DNA of 64,000 nt from Nannocystis radixulma (GTDB lineage: Bacteria > Myxococcota_A > Polyangia > Nannocystales > Nannocystaceae), in NCBI RefSeq assembly GCF_028369095.1, contig NZ_JAQNDN010000024.1, forward strand, positions 345,350-409,349, given 5' to 3'. Positions 49,638 to 58,713 of this stretch are shown here, in pieces. A program made the position numbers and the translations under genes. Within the stretch, counting starts at the first letter, position 1; each line of letters opens with the position of its first letter. The notes under the pieces were generated by a model that was not told the DNA's origin, searched no databases, and saw only the letters and a program-made list of their open reading frames with translations.

Positions 49638-50190
49638 GGGCCGATGAACGCACGATCCCCCTCATGAGGGCAAGTCCCCGACGTGGGCCCCTTGCCCGGG
49701 GATGTGCGGATGCATCGTCGGGGAGGACAGAGGGCCTCGCTTGCGGGGGGCGGACACGTGCACGCGCAGGGCCGTGGTAGCGAGGTGACTGTGCTGTCAC
49801 GCAGCGGCGATGCGATGCCCCGAGCGGGGTCGGCCGGCGACGCAGCGCGAGTGAGGGAGTGACGAAACGGCGCGGGGATGTCGCGAGCTGCGATTCGGAT
49901 CGAGCGCGGCGAATGTGATTGGGGAGTCAGCGGGTCCGCGACAGGACCGGCGCAGGTCGAGCGGCCGGCGTCGAAGGCGCTCGAGGTGCCCGGGGATCTC
50001 CGCGGGTGGGGCCGGCGTCGAGGGTCGTGCGGGGGGCGTGTGTCCGCGGATCGATCGGGGGCCAGACGCCAAGTCGGTCGGGGAAGCGCGGCGCACTGCG
50101 AGATCCGGCGGGGCGGAGGACCCGCGGGGAGCGGCAGGGCGGGTGATTTTCACGCGCGGCGGCGCAGGCGGGATGGGTATCATCGCGCCG

Positions 50191-51822
50191 ATGTCGAGCT
50201 CTCGCCGCTCCTTCCTCGCGCTCACGGGGCTCTGTGGCGCCGAGGCGCTGCTCCACGGTTCACGCGCGGCGTGGGCCGGGCCGGCACCGAGCCGGATCCC
50301 GGCGCCGAAGTCGGCGCCCGCGAGCGCGGACGCGGGCATGGCCTTGCTGGCTGCGAGCCGGCTCCTGGCCGACGAGAACCTGTTGCGCGTGGCGATCGAG
50401 TCGGCGAAGAAGGCGGGGGCGAGCTACGCGGACGCGCGGCTGGTGCTGATGCGGCGCGAGCGGGTCTCGGTGCGCGACGATCACGTGAGCGGGATCGGTC
50501 GCAGCGAGGACTACGGCGTCGGCCTCCGGGTGATCGCCGACGGAGGCTGGGGCTTCGCGGCGACGGCGGAGCGCACCGCGAAGGCGGTTGAGGGGATCGC
50601 CAAGGCGGCGGTGGCGATGGCCCGCCAGAGCTCGCTGCTGATGCCGCAGCCGGTGACGCTGGCGGCCGCGCCGGTGCTGCAGGGCGGGTGGGTGTCGCCG
50701 TTCACGGTCGACCCGTTCTCGATCGCGCCGGCCGAGAAGGCGGAGCTGCTGCTGGCGGCCGCGCGGGCGGCGTTGGCGGTGCCCGGGGTGGCGCACGTCG
50801 ACGCGAACGTGGCGTGCGTGCGCGAGGAGAAGCTGGTGATGACGAGCGAGGGCTCGCGGGTGCACCAGATCTTCTTCCGCGTGGTCCCGGGGCTGACGGC
50901 GACGGCGATCGATCGCCGGCGCGGCCGCTTCGCGGGGCGCGATCACGAGGTGGCGCCGATGCTCGCCGGCTGGGAGCACGTGACGGCGGCCGACCTGGTG
51001 GGCACGGCGCCGAAGATCGCCGAGGAGGCGCTGCAGAAGCTGCACGCGGCGCCGGTCCAGCCGGGCAAGAAGCACGCGATCCTGGCGCCGTCGAACTTGT
51101 GGCTGACGATCCACGAGAGCATCGGCCACTCGACGGAGCTCGACCGGGCGCTCGGCTACGAGGCGAACTACGCCGGGACGAGCTTCCTGACCGCGGACAA
51201 GGCGGGCAAGTTCAAGATCGGCAGCGACATCGTCCACCTCGCGGCCGACCGCACGCAGCCGGGCGGGCTGGCGACGACGGCGTGGGACGACGAGGCGGTG
51301 GCGAGCCAGCGCTGGGACCTGGTGAAGAAGGGGACCTTCGTCGGCTGGCAGACGACGCGCGACCTGGCGGCTGCCGCCGGCGAGCAGGCCAGCCGCGGCT
51401 GCAGCTACGCCGACAGCTACGCCAGCGTGCCGTTCCAGCGCATGCCGAACGTGAGCCTGCAGCCGGGCCGCGAGGGCTACACCACCGAGGACCTGATCGG
51501 GGCGACCGACGACGGGGTGCTGATCACGGGCCGCGGCAGCTGGTCGATCGACCAGCAGCGCTACAACTTCCAGTTCTCGGGCCAGTTCTTCTGGGAGATC
51601 AAAAACGGACGGTTGACGCGGCCGCTGCGCGACGTGGCATACCAGGCCAACACGGTCGAATTCTGGAGCTCGTGTGACATGCTCGGAGGGACAGACACGT
51701 ACCGCCTCGGCGGCAGCATGAGCGACGGCAAGGGTGAGCCGTCGCAGAGCAACGCGGTCAGCCACGGCTGTCCGCCGGCGCGCTTCGTGGTCAACATCCT
51801 CAACACCGGAGGTGGCGCGTGA
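50191..51822 (+). CDS. tldD: TldD-family metalloprotease with Tat signal peptide
   Basis: MSSSRRSFLALTGLCGAEALLHGSRAAWA twin-arginine signal; HESIGHSTELD HExxxH motif. Confidence 0.85.
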   Translation: MSSSRRSFLALTGLCGAEALLHGSRAAWAGPAPSRIPAPKSAPASADAGMALLAASRLLADENLLRVAIESAKKAGASYADARLVLMRRERVSVRDDHVSGIGRSEDYGVGLRVIADGGWGFAATAERTAKAVEGIAKAAVAMARQSSLLMPQPVTLAAAPVLQGGWVSPFTVDPFSIAPAEKAELLLAAARAALAVPGVAHVDANVACVREEKLVMTSEGSRVHQIFFRVVPGLTATAIDRRRGRFAGRDHEVAPMLAGWEHVTAADLVGTAPKIAEEALQKLHAAPVQPGKKHAILAPSNLWLTIHESIGHSTELDRALGYEANYAGTSFLTADKAGKFKIGSDIVHLAADRTQPGGLATTAWDDEAVASQRWDLVKKGTFVGWQTTRDLAAAAGEQASRGCSYADSYASVPFQRMPNVSLQPGREGYTTEDLIGATDDGVLITGRGSWSIDQQRYNFQFSGQFFWEIKNGRLTRPLRDVAYQANTVEFWSSCDMLGGTDTYRLGGSMSDGKGEPSQSNAVSHGCPPARFVVNILNTGGGA

Positions 51823-53168
51823 GCGCGGCGTCTCCGCTGAGCCCGGCCGAGGCGCGGGCGATCACGAAGTCGGCGCTGGCAGCGGCGACGTTCGACGACG
51901 TCAGCGTGCGCGTGTCGGCCAGGCGCACGGCGTACCTGCGGTTCGCCGCGGGGGCGCCGACGACGTCGGGCGAGGCGGCGCGCTTCGAGGTGTCGGTGAC
52001 GGCGGCGCGCGAGGGCCGGGTGGCGACGGTGTCCGGTACGGGCCGCGACACGGCGTCGCTGCAGGCGCTGGTGCGCGAGGCCGAGGCGCTGGCCAAGCTG
52101 GCGCCCAAGGATCCGGAGCACGAGCCGCCGCTGGGGCCGCAGCAGTACGCGAAGGTGGCGGCGCGCGACGCCAAGACGGCGGAGGTCGGGCCGGAGGGGC
52201 GCACGGAGGTGGTGGCCCGCGTGCTCAAGGTGGCGCGCGAGGCCAAGCTGGTGGCGTCGGGGCTGGTCGAGCACGAGGACGGGGTGACGGTCCTGGCCAA
52301 TCGGACAGGTCTGTTCGCGCTCCACGCGGCGACCGAGGCGTCGCTGACGACGACGATGCGCACGGCCGACGGCAAGGGCAGCGGCTGGGCCGGGGCGGCG
52401 TCGCACCGCCTGGCCGACCTCGACGCGATGGGGCTGGCCCGCCGCGCGGCCGACAAGGCGACGATGTCGAGCCAGGGCGCGGACACGCTGGCGCCGGGGG
52501 CCTACACGGTGGTGCTCGAGGCGCAGGCGGTGGCCGACCTGCTCGGGTTCCTGGTGTCGGCGCTGCAGGCCCGCGCGGCCGACGAGGGGCGCAGCTTCTT
52601 CAGCCGCCCGGGCGGCAACGCGATCGGCGAGGCGCTGTTCGACCCGCGGGTGTCGCTGCGCTCCGATCCGGCCGATCCGCGCTACCCGTCGATCCCGTTC
52701 GCCGGCGACGGCCTGCCGCTGCCGGCGACGACGTGGATCGACCGCGGGATGCTGAAGGCGCTGGCCTACAGCCGCTTCTGGGCGCACAAGCAGAGCAAGC
52801 CGCCGCTGCCGGCGCCGCGCTCGATCTTCCTCGCAGCGGCCGACCCGGGCGAGGGCAAGGACCTGAACGAGCTGGTCCGCGGGGTCGAACGCGGGGTGCT
52901 GGTGACGCGCTTCTTCTACAACCGCATGCTCGACCCGCGGCAGATCCTGGCGACGGGGCTGACCCGCGACGGCACGTTCCTCATCGAGCAGGGGAAGATC
53001 GCGCGGCCGGTCAAGAACATGCGCTACAACGAGAGCCCGGCGGCGCTGCTCAAGAACCTGGTGGCGATCGGCAAGCCCGAGCGGACTGCCGGCGAGGGGA
53101 TGCTGGCGGTGGTGCCGCCGCTGGTGGCCAAGGAGTTCCACTTCGCCAGCGTGAGCGACGCGGTCTGA
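51819..53168 (+). CDS. pmbA: PmbA/TldE-family protein (TldD partner)
   Basis: GTG start overlaps the tldD stop; PmbA/TldD-family fold; 449 aa. Confidence 0.8.
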   Translation: MSAASPLSPAEARAITKSALAAATFDDVSVRVSARRTAYLRFAAGAPTTSGEAARFEVSVTAAREGRVATVSGTGRDTASLQALVREAEALAKLAPKDPEHEPPLGPQQYAKVAARDAKTAEVGPEGRTEVVARVLKVAREAKLVASGLVEHEDGVTVLANRTGLFALHAATEASLTTTMRTADGKGSGWAGAASHRLADLDAMGLARRAADKATMSSQGADTLAPGAYTVVLEAQAVADLLGFLVSALQARAADEGRSFFSRPGGNAIGEALFDPRVSLRSDPADPRYPSIPFAGDGLPLPATTWIDRGMLKALAYSRFWAHKQSKPPLPAPRSIFLAAADPGEGKDLNELVRGVERGVLVTRFFYNRMLDPRQILATGLTRDGTFLIEQGKIARPVKNMRYNESPAALLKNLVAIGKPERTAGEGMLAVVPPLVAKEFHFASVSDAV

Positions 53169-53175
53169 GGTGGGA

Positions 53176-53282
53176 ACGGGACATGTCCTGAGGGCATGTC
53201 CATGCGTCGCCGGGACATGTCGATGAGGACATGTCTGAGAGAGAATGTCATGAAGGACATGTCACATGGGATATGTCCGGAC
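53176..53282. repeat. 14-bp phased array, 7-8 units (the longest in the window)
   Basis: ATGTC at about 53183, 53196, 53217, 53231, 53245, 53259 and 53273. Confidence 0.85.
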
Positions 53283-53495
53283 GGCAGGCAGGGCGGGGCC
53301 TGGGCTGGTTCGCGGCGACCGCGAGCTCGCGGCGAGGACGAGGGCGCCGCTGAGCGCGCGAGCGGGCGGCGGCGGTCGCGGCCGCTGGGCCGGGGATCCG
53401 CGGACTTTGCGCGGAAGGGTTGAAATGGGCCGTGGAGGGCCCGCGGGCGGCAAAAATGGCGCGACGAGTCGGTCGGAGCTTGCGTCGATCGCCGC

Positions 53496-53918
53496 GTGCA
53501 ACACGGTGCACACATGATGACCGCGACGAACCAGGAGCGTGACCAGGAGGTCGACGCGTTCTTCACGATCCTCGGCCACGCACTGGTGGAGGGGGACTCG
53601 CTGACGGTGGCGACGCTGTACGAGACGCCGGCGCTGCTGCTCGCCGATGCGGGGGTCCAGGCGATTGCCCGCCGCGAGGAGGTCGAGCGCTTCTTCGCCG
53701 GGGGGCGCGCGCAGTACACCGACCGCGGGGTGACGTCGACCCGTGCCGACGTCGAGCAGCGCGAGTGGCTCGGCGAGCGCGTGGTCCTGGTGCGCGTGCG
53801 CTGGCCGTACCACGACTCGAGCGGGCGCGAGGTCGGCAACGAGCGCTCGACCTACGCGCTGCGCCGCGACGACGAAGGGGCGCTGCGGATCCGCGCCGTG
53901 TTGGCGCACAACGAGTGA
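53496..53918 (+). CDS. NTF2/SnoaL-like fold hypothetical protein
   Basis: ~135 aa; the likely start is ATG at about 53514 rather than the GTG at 53496. Confidence 0.45.
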   Translation: MQHGAHMMTATNQERDQEVDAFFTILGHALVEGDSLTVATLYETPALLLADAGVQAIARREEVERFFAGGRAQYTDRGVTSTRADVEQREWLGERVVLVRVRWPYHDSSGREVGNERSTYALRRDDEGALRIRAVLAHNE

Positions 53919-53985
53919 GCCCGCGGCGGGGGCATCTCGGTGAGGGTGGTCCGCTGCTCGACGCCGTCGGCGAGCGGCAAGGTGT

Positions 53986-55329
53986 CTACCTCCACCCGGA
54001 CTCGTCCCCCGCGGCGCCGGTTTCCGTCGGCGCCGGGGCGTCGGGGCAGACGAAGCGCTCGAAGCGGCGGGCGAGCACCGAGTCGGGCAGCCGCGCGGCC
54101 AGGCGCTGGGCGGCGGCGGCCGCGTCGGCGGGGCGACCCTGCAGGCACAGGACCTCGACCGCCGCGGCCTCGCGGGCGTCGACGAGGGCGCCGCGCGGGA
54201 ACTCGCGCGCGTGGGTGGCCAGCAGCTGGGCGGCGGCCGCCGGATCGCGGGCGTCGAGGCGGGCGCGGGCGCGATCGAGGAGGGCGACCTCGGCGGCGAG
54301 GGCGTCGCTGGCGTTGCGAGCTGTCCCTTGCGACAGGTTGGCTCGGGCGCCGTCGACCTCGCCGGCGAAGGGGTAGCCGGCGCTGCGAGCTGGCCCTTGC
54401 GACAGGTGACCAGCGGGCCCGGATGTCTCGCGGGACAGGTCGGGCACAGCGGGCGCCGGTGGGGCGCCGGCGGATTCGGATGTCTCCGGGGACAGGCCCG
54501 ACGCGAGCGGGGGCGCAGCGGTCGCGGGGCGAGCCGAATCAGATGTCTCTGGGGACAGGGCGGTCTCGGCGGCGCGGTCGCGGGCCTGGCGGGGCGGGGC
54601 CGCGGCGACCACGGCGGTGGCGCCGGCGAGGAGGAGGGTGGTCATGACGCCGGTGCGGGCGGTGGCCCAGGCGGCGGCGACGGTGGCGAATTTGGCGGGC
54701 GTGAGCAGCGGGAGCATCACGGCCCAGGTGCGCTCGGCGGCGGCGGGCGGCGGATCGTCGCGCCGGCGCGCGGCGGCCAGCAGCTCGGGGCTGGCGGCCA
54801 GCTCGTGGAGCTGGGCGCGGGCGAGGCGGAGGCGCGAGTAGACGGTGTTGAGCGGCAGGTCGAGCTCGGCGGCGATCTCGGGGCCGCTCATGCCGAGCAG
54901 CTCGGTCAGCTCCCACACGTCGCGGGCGCCGCGAGGCAGGCGGGCGAGCAGGCGCTCGAGCACGCGGGCGGAGTCGTGGCGCTCGTGCGGGGCCTCGCCG
55001 GGGCTGCCGGTGAACTCGCCGAACGCGGCGATCCGGCGCGAGTGGCGGGCGGCGCCGCGGTGGTAATGCGAGGCGATCCTTCGCGTGACGCCGTACAGCC
55101 AGGCACGCGCCGAGACCTGGTAGTGGATCTGGTCGAAGCGGCGGAAGGCGGTGAGAAAGACGTCCTGGACGACGTCGTCGCGGGCGGCCGCGGGAATGCC
55201 GAAGTACCTGGCGGCGGCCCACACGAAGGGGAATTCGCGGTCGTAGATGGCGCGAAAGCGCGCTTCTCGGTCGGTGAGTTGCACGGGTCCAGGAGTGCTG
55301 TCCCCGGGCCGCGAGGATTCCGTCACCAT
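53986..55329 (-). CDS. ECF sigma-70 factor fused to a transmembrane anti-sigma-like C-terminal extension
   Basis: Sigma-2 (VQDVFLTAFRRFDQ) and sigma-4 (ELTELLGMSGPEIAAELDLPLNTVYSRLRLAR) regions; TM helix VMTTLLLAGATAVVAAA; the linker carries five repeat-derived ~20-aa units LSPETSDSA / LSPETSESA / LSRETSGPA / LSQGPARSA / LSQGTARNA; TPR-like C-terminal domain. Confidence 0.7.
   Translation of the reverse strand: MVTESSRPGDSTPGPVQLTDREARFRAIYDREFPFVWAAARYFGIPAAARDDVVQDVFLTAFRRFDQIHYQVSARAWLYGVTRRIASHYHRGAARHSRRIAAFGEFTGSPGEAPHERHDSARVLERLLARLPRGARDVWELTELLGMSGPEIAAELDLPLNTVYSRLRLARAQLHELAASPELLAAARRRDDPPPAAAERTWAVMLPLLTPAKFATVAAAWATARTGVMTTLLLAGATAVVAAAPPRQARDRAAETALSPETSDSARPATAAPPLASGLSPETSESAGAPPAPAVPDLSRETSGPAGHLSQGPARSAGYPFAGEVDGARANLSQGTARNASDALAAEVALLDRARARLDARDPAAAAQLLATHAREFPRGALVDAREAAAVEVLCLQGRPADAAAAAQRLAARLPDSVLARRFERFVCPDAPAPTETGAAGDESGWR
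54300..54560. repeat. five ~60-bp units each carrying a CTGTCC-N3-5-GGACAG hairpin, inside the anti-sigma linker coding sequence
   Basis: GCTGTCCCTTGCGACAGG, CTGGCCCTTGCGACAGG, ATGTCTCGCGGGACAGG, ATGTCTCCGGGGACAGG, ATGTCTCTGGGGACAGG. Confidence 0.8.
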
Positions 55330-56393
55330 GGGTCTCCGAGGCGCACTTCGAGGCCGAGGAGCAGGCGCAGCGACACCGGGGACGGCTCGAACAGGCGGAC
55401 GGGGGCGTCGGGGTCGCTGAGGTCGAAGCGGGCGGCGGCCAGGCGGAGGAGGCCCTGGACGGCGAAATTGAGGCTCAGCAGGCGGTGGAAATGCCAGGCG
55501 ACGCCGGCCGAGACGCGGGCGGCCGTCCAGAAGCCGGTGCCGGTGCGGGCCCCGGGGCCGCGGCCCTCGCCGCGCAGGCCGCCCATCTCGAAGCCGCCGC
55601 ACAGCGGGAACTCGAGGCGCGCACGACCGAGCCGGGCGCAGCCCTGGACGCCGGCGGCGAACAACGAGACGGTCACCGAGTTGACGCCGCGGGCCTCGGT
55701 CTGCGGGCCGAGGTAGACGCCGTGGAACTCGAGCCGGGCGCGGCGCCAGAGCACGCCGGTGGCGAAATCGAGGCCGGCGGTGGGGCGCGGGAGGGCGCCG
55801 ACCTCGAAGCCGCCGGAGAGGCGCAGGAAGCCGCCGGGGCGGCGGCGGGGCGGGGGTGGCGACGGGGTGAGCTCGGCGAGGTCGACGACGACGGCCGGGG
55901 GAGGAGGTTCGGGGGCGTCGACGGGCTCGGGGCGCGCGGGCGGGGTGGGTTCGACGGGGGGCGCGGTCTGGGCGGCTGGCGGGTCGGGCTCGATGGGCTC
56001 GTCGGGGAGCGGCGGCTCGGGCGAGGGCTCGAGCTCGACCGGCAAGGCCGGATCGACGGCAGCGGCGGAGGGGTCGAGGGCGAGGGCGCTGAGCAGGGCG
56101 GCGGCGTCGACGAGGGCGGCGCACTGGCGGGTCGTGAGCGCGCGCGTCTGCGTGTGGCCGGCGACGGTGAGGCGCAGGTCGAGGTGGTAGCGCCCGGCAG
56201 AGGTGCGCCCGATCTGGCCGACGAGCGCGAGCTCCTGGGCCGTCGGCACGCGACCGAGCCGGCCGGCGATCGCCCGCTCGAGGGCGGCGCGGTCGGGGCA
56301 GCCGGGCGGGGCCTGCCAGACGATCGCTCCCTCGGCCGGAGGTTCAGGCACCTGGGTGACAAGCAGCGCGGCGAGGAGCGGCGCGAACGGCAT
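55323..56393 (-). CDS. hypothetical Pro-rich secreted protein, upstream and overlapping the ECF gene
   Basis: N-terminal hydrophobic MPFAPLLAALLV; PEPP/PPA-rich; 356 aa; coding status is moderately uncertain given the GC bias. Confidence 0.45.
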   Translation of the reverse strand: MPFAPLLAALLVTQVPEPPAEGAIVWQAPPGCPDRAALERAIAGRLGRVPTAQELALVGQIGRTSAGRYHLDLRLTVAGHTQTRALTTRQCAALVDAAALLSALALDPSAAAVDPALPVELEPSPEPPLPDEPIEPDPPAAQTAPPVEPTPPARPEPVDAPEPPPPAVVVDLAELTPSPPPPRRRPGGFLRLSGGFEVGALPRPTAGLDFATGVLWRRARLEFHGVYLGPQTEARGVNSVTVSLFAAGVQGCARLGRARLEFPLCGGFEMGGLRGEGRGPGARTGTGFWTAARVSAGVAWHFHRLLSLNFAVQGLLRLAAARFDLSDPDAPVRLFEPSPVSLRLLLGLEVRLGDPW

Positions 56394-56577
56394 CGGCGAC
56401 GGTGCATCCTACCGCAAGCTCGAGCCGCCGGCCGGCCCGCTTCGCGCGGACGCTGCCGCGCGCGGCGGAGGCGAGGTCGAGGTCCGGAGCGCGTCCGGGC
56501 GGTGCGAGATTGTCGCAGGCGGGCCGGCGGGCCGAGGATCGAGAGAGGCGCGGAGCCGGGGATGGACGGGTGATAGT

Positions 56578-56642
56578 GAGGACATGTCGATACGAACATG
56601 TCTAAATGGGCATGTTGATGAGGACATGCCACGTCGGACAGC
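56578..56642. repeat. 14-bp phased array, 4 units
   Basis: Core starts at about 56584, 56598, 56612 and 56626. Confidence 0.8.
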
Positions 56643-56739
56643 CGGACTGCCGATGCGCAGGGGCGGTCCGCAGGGCCAGTAGACCGGCAGCCGGCGGACG
56701 ATCGGCCTGCCGTTCCGTAAGCGTCGCGCGCACGCGGTC

Positions 56740-57123
56740 GTGGAGAGGGACGGCGAGGCAGATCCGTGGTACGACGACGGGATGGACTGGTGGTTCGTAC
56801 TCGGCGCGATCGCGGGGGTTGGTCTCTTCGAAATGACGAGGGTAGGGTACGCGCGGTGGCGACGGCGACGCGAGTACGACGACCGCGTGGGCCGGGATCT
56901 CGCCGGACTGGTGGTGCTGCTGCCTCCGGCGCTGCAGCAGCGGGTCTACACCGAGATCGTGATGGCGCCTCCGTACACGGGCGAGCGGATCCGCGTCGCC
57001 ATGGTCTACGACGACGGGCGGCCGTTCCGCGGCAACCCGCCCAATGTCGGGCTCGAGTTCGACGCGAACACAGGGGAACTGCTCAGCGTCATCGCCGAGG
57101 GGGTCGGCGTCGGACGCAAGTGA
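56740..57123 (+). CDS. hypothetical small membrane protein
   Basis: DWWFVLGAIAGVGLF TM helix; flanked on both sides by 14-bp repeat arrays. Confidence 0.35.
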   Translation: MERDGEADPWYDDGMDWWFVLGAIAGVGLFEMTRVGYARWRRRREYDDRVGRDLAGLVVLLPPALQQRVYTEIVMAPPYTGERIRVAMVYDDGRPFRGNPPNVGLEFDANTGELLSVIAEGVGVGRK

Positions 57124-57126
57124 CGG

Positions 57127-57178
57127 CATGTCGAGGAGGACATGTCGGTGAGGGCATGTCAACAAGGACATGCGCGAA
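57127..57178. repeat. 14-bp phased array, 4 units
   Basis: GGCATGTCGAGGAG GACATGTCGGTGAG GGCATGTCAACAAG GACATGCGCG. Confidence 0.8.
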
Positions 57179-57181
57179 CGG

Positions 57182-57502
57182 TCAGCGGCGCCGGGCGGGG
57201 CGCGGCCGCCACTGGTAGGTGCCGAGGTCGATGCGGCCGCTGTCGCCGAACTCGACGCCCTCCGCGATCAGGAGGGCGCGCTGGCGGGCGCCGGAGGCCC
57301 CGGGCAGGCTGATCTCGCCGCGGGCGTTGAGGACGCGCTGCCACGGGACAGGGCTCCCGCCGGGTAGGGCGTGGAGGGCGTAGCCGACCTGGCGGGCACG
57401 ACCGGGCAAGCCGGCGAGCTCGGCGATCTGGCCGTAGGTGGCCACGCGGCCGCGGGGGATCCGCTGAATGGTGGCGTAGATGCGGGCGTAGTCGGGGTGC
57501 AT
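57182..57502 (-). CDS. atl: alkyltransferase-like protein (MGMT DNA-binding domain, active-site Cys replaced by Trp)
   Basis: IPRGRVATYGQIA...PWQRV in place of the PCHRV methyl-acceptor motif. Confidence 0.7.
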   Translation of the reverse strand: MHPDYARIYATIQRIPRGRVATYGQIAELAGLPGRARQVGYALHALPGGSPVPWQRVLNARGEISLPGASGARQRALLIAEGVEFGDSGRIDLGTYQWRPRPARRR

Positions 57503-57536
57503 GACGGGCGCTCAGGCGCGAGGTGGCGGGAGAGCT

Positions 57537-57720
57537 GGCGAGAATGGCCGATGCAGAGGCGCGGGGCTGCGGGAAACTGGGTGGGGCGGGCCGGACGCGG
57601 CGAGAATGGCCGATGCAGAGGCGCGGGGCTGCGGGAAACTGGGTGGGGCGGGCCGGACGCGGCGAGAATGGCCGATGCAGAGGCGCGGGGCTGCGGGAAA
57701 CTGGGTGGGGCGGGCCGGAC
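57537..57720. repeat. three tandem 61-bp direct repeats
   Basis: GGCGAGAATGGCCGATGCAGAGGCGCGGGGCTGCGGGAAACTGGGTGGGGCGGGCCGGACGC repeated three times at about 57537, 57598 and 57659. The unit shares GGCGAGAATGG and GGGCGGGCCGGACG with the adjacent inverted-repeat element. Confidence 0.85.
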
Positions 57721-57722
57721 GC

Positions 57723-57860
57723 GGCGAGAATGGGTCCCTCGCGACGCGAGACCTGCCATGCCAGATGCTCGACGCCGATGTGGTGCTTGGGACATGTCCG
57801 ACGATTGGCCCGGCGGCTGCGCGTCAGGCATGGGGCCCCTCGCTGCGTCCCATTCTCGCC
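57723..57860. mobile_element. MITE-like 138-bp element, copy A, with 12-bp TIRs GGCGAGAATGGG / CCCATTCTCGCC and a central GGGACATGTCC core
   Basis: A near-identical copy lies in inverted orientation at 58576-58713; terminal inverted repeats are visible; no transposase-sized ORF is associated. Confidence 0.55.
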
Positions 57861-57899
57861 GCGTCCGGCCCGCCCCGCGGGGATTGTCTCGGGCCCCGC

Positions 57900-58450
57900 T
57901 CGTCGTGTGGCAACGAATGTCGTGCCGGCGAATCGGCCGTGCGGGGCGGCGTGTGTCTCGGTGTGGCTCGTCGTGACGAAGGTGTGAGAGCGAATCGACG
58001 GTGCGGGACGGCGAGAGTCTCGGGTGCGGCTCGGTGAGACGAATGTCGTGGGGGCGAAGCGGCTGTGCGGGACGGCGAGCGTCTCGGGTGTGGCTCGTCG
58101 AGACGAACGTCCTGGGGGGCGAAGCGGCTGTGCGGGACGGCGAGAGTCTCGGATGCGGCTCGGTGAGACGAATGTCGTGGGGGCGAAGCGGCTGTGCGGG
58201 ACGGCGAGAGTCTCGGGTGTGGCTCGTCGAGATGAATGTCGTCGGACGAATCGACGTGGGGGCAGGGCGAGAGTCTCGGGTGCGGCTCGTCGAGATGAAT
58301 GTCGTGGGGGCGAAGCGGTTATGCGGGACGGCGAGCGTCTCGGGGGCCGAAAGCCGCGCGGGAACGAAAATCGTGCGAGTGAATCGCGTAGGGACGGGGC
58401 GAGTATCTCGGGCCCGGCTCGTCGTGTGACGAGGAACGTCGCGCTGGCGA
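57900..58450. repeat. about eight tandem ~64-bp GC-rich repeats
   Basis: Unit GAATGTCGTGGGGGCGAAGCGGCTGTGCGGGACGGCGAGAGTCTCGGGTG(C/T)GGCTCG(G/T)(T/C)GAGA(C/T). The CGGGACG landmark recurs at about 58004, 58068, 58133, 58197, 58261 and 58324. Each unit contains a GTCTC...GAGAC inverted repeat. Overlapping ORFs here are treated as artefacts. Confidence 0.8.
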
Positions 58451-58575
58451 TTCGGGTGCTGCGGGCGTGGGAAGAGAACCGGGAGAAGCAGCAGTACCAC
58501 CATTCCAGCGGCACGACGGTCCTCGCGTCTCGTCGAGCGGGGCCCGAGACGATCGTCGCGGGGCGGGCCGGACGT

Positions 58576-58713
58576 GGCGAGAATGGGACGCAGCGAGGGG
58601 CCCCATGCCTGACGCGCAGCCGCCGGGCCAATCGTCGGACATGTCCCAAGAACCACATCGGCGGCGAGCATCTGGCATGGCAGGTCTCGCGTCGCGAGGG
58701 ACCCATTCTCGCC
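58576..58713. mobile_element. MITE-like 138-bp element, copy B (inverted relative to copy A)
   Basis: Its reverse complement matches 57723-57860 with only about 3 mismatches. Confidence 0.55.

Noticed and set aside
57900-58450. Possible CRISPR array
   Set aside because: The ~64-bp units repeat in their entirety with small point differences. There are no unique spacers between conserved repeats, and no cas genes in the window.
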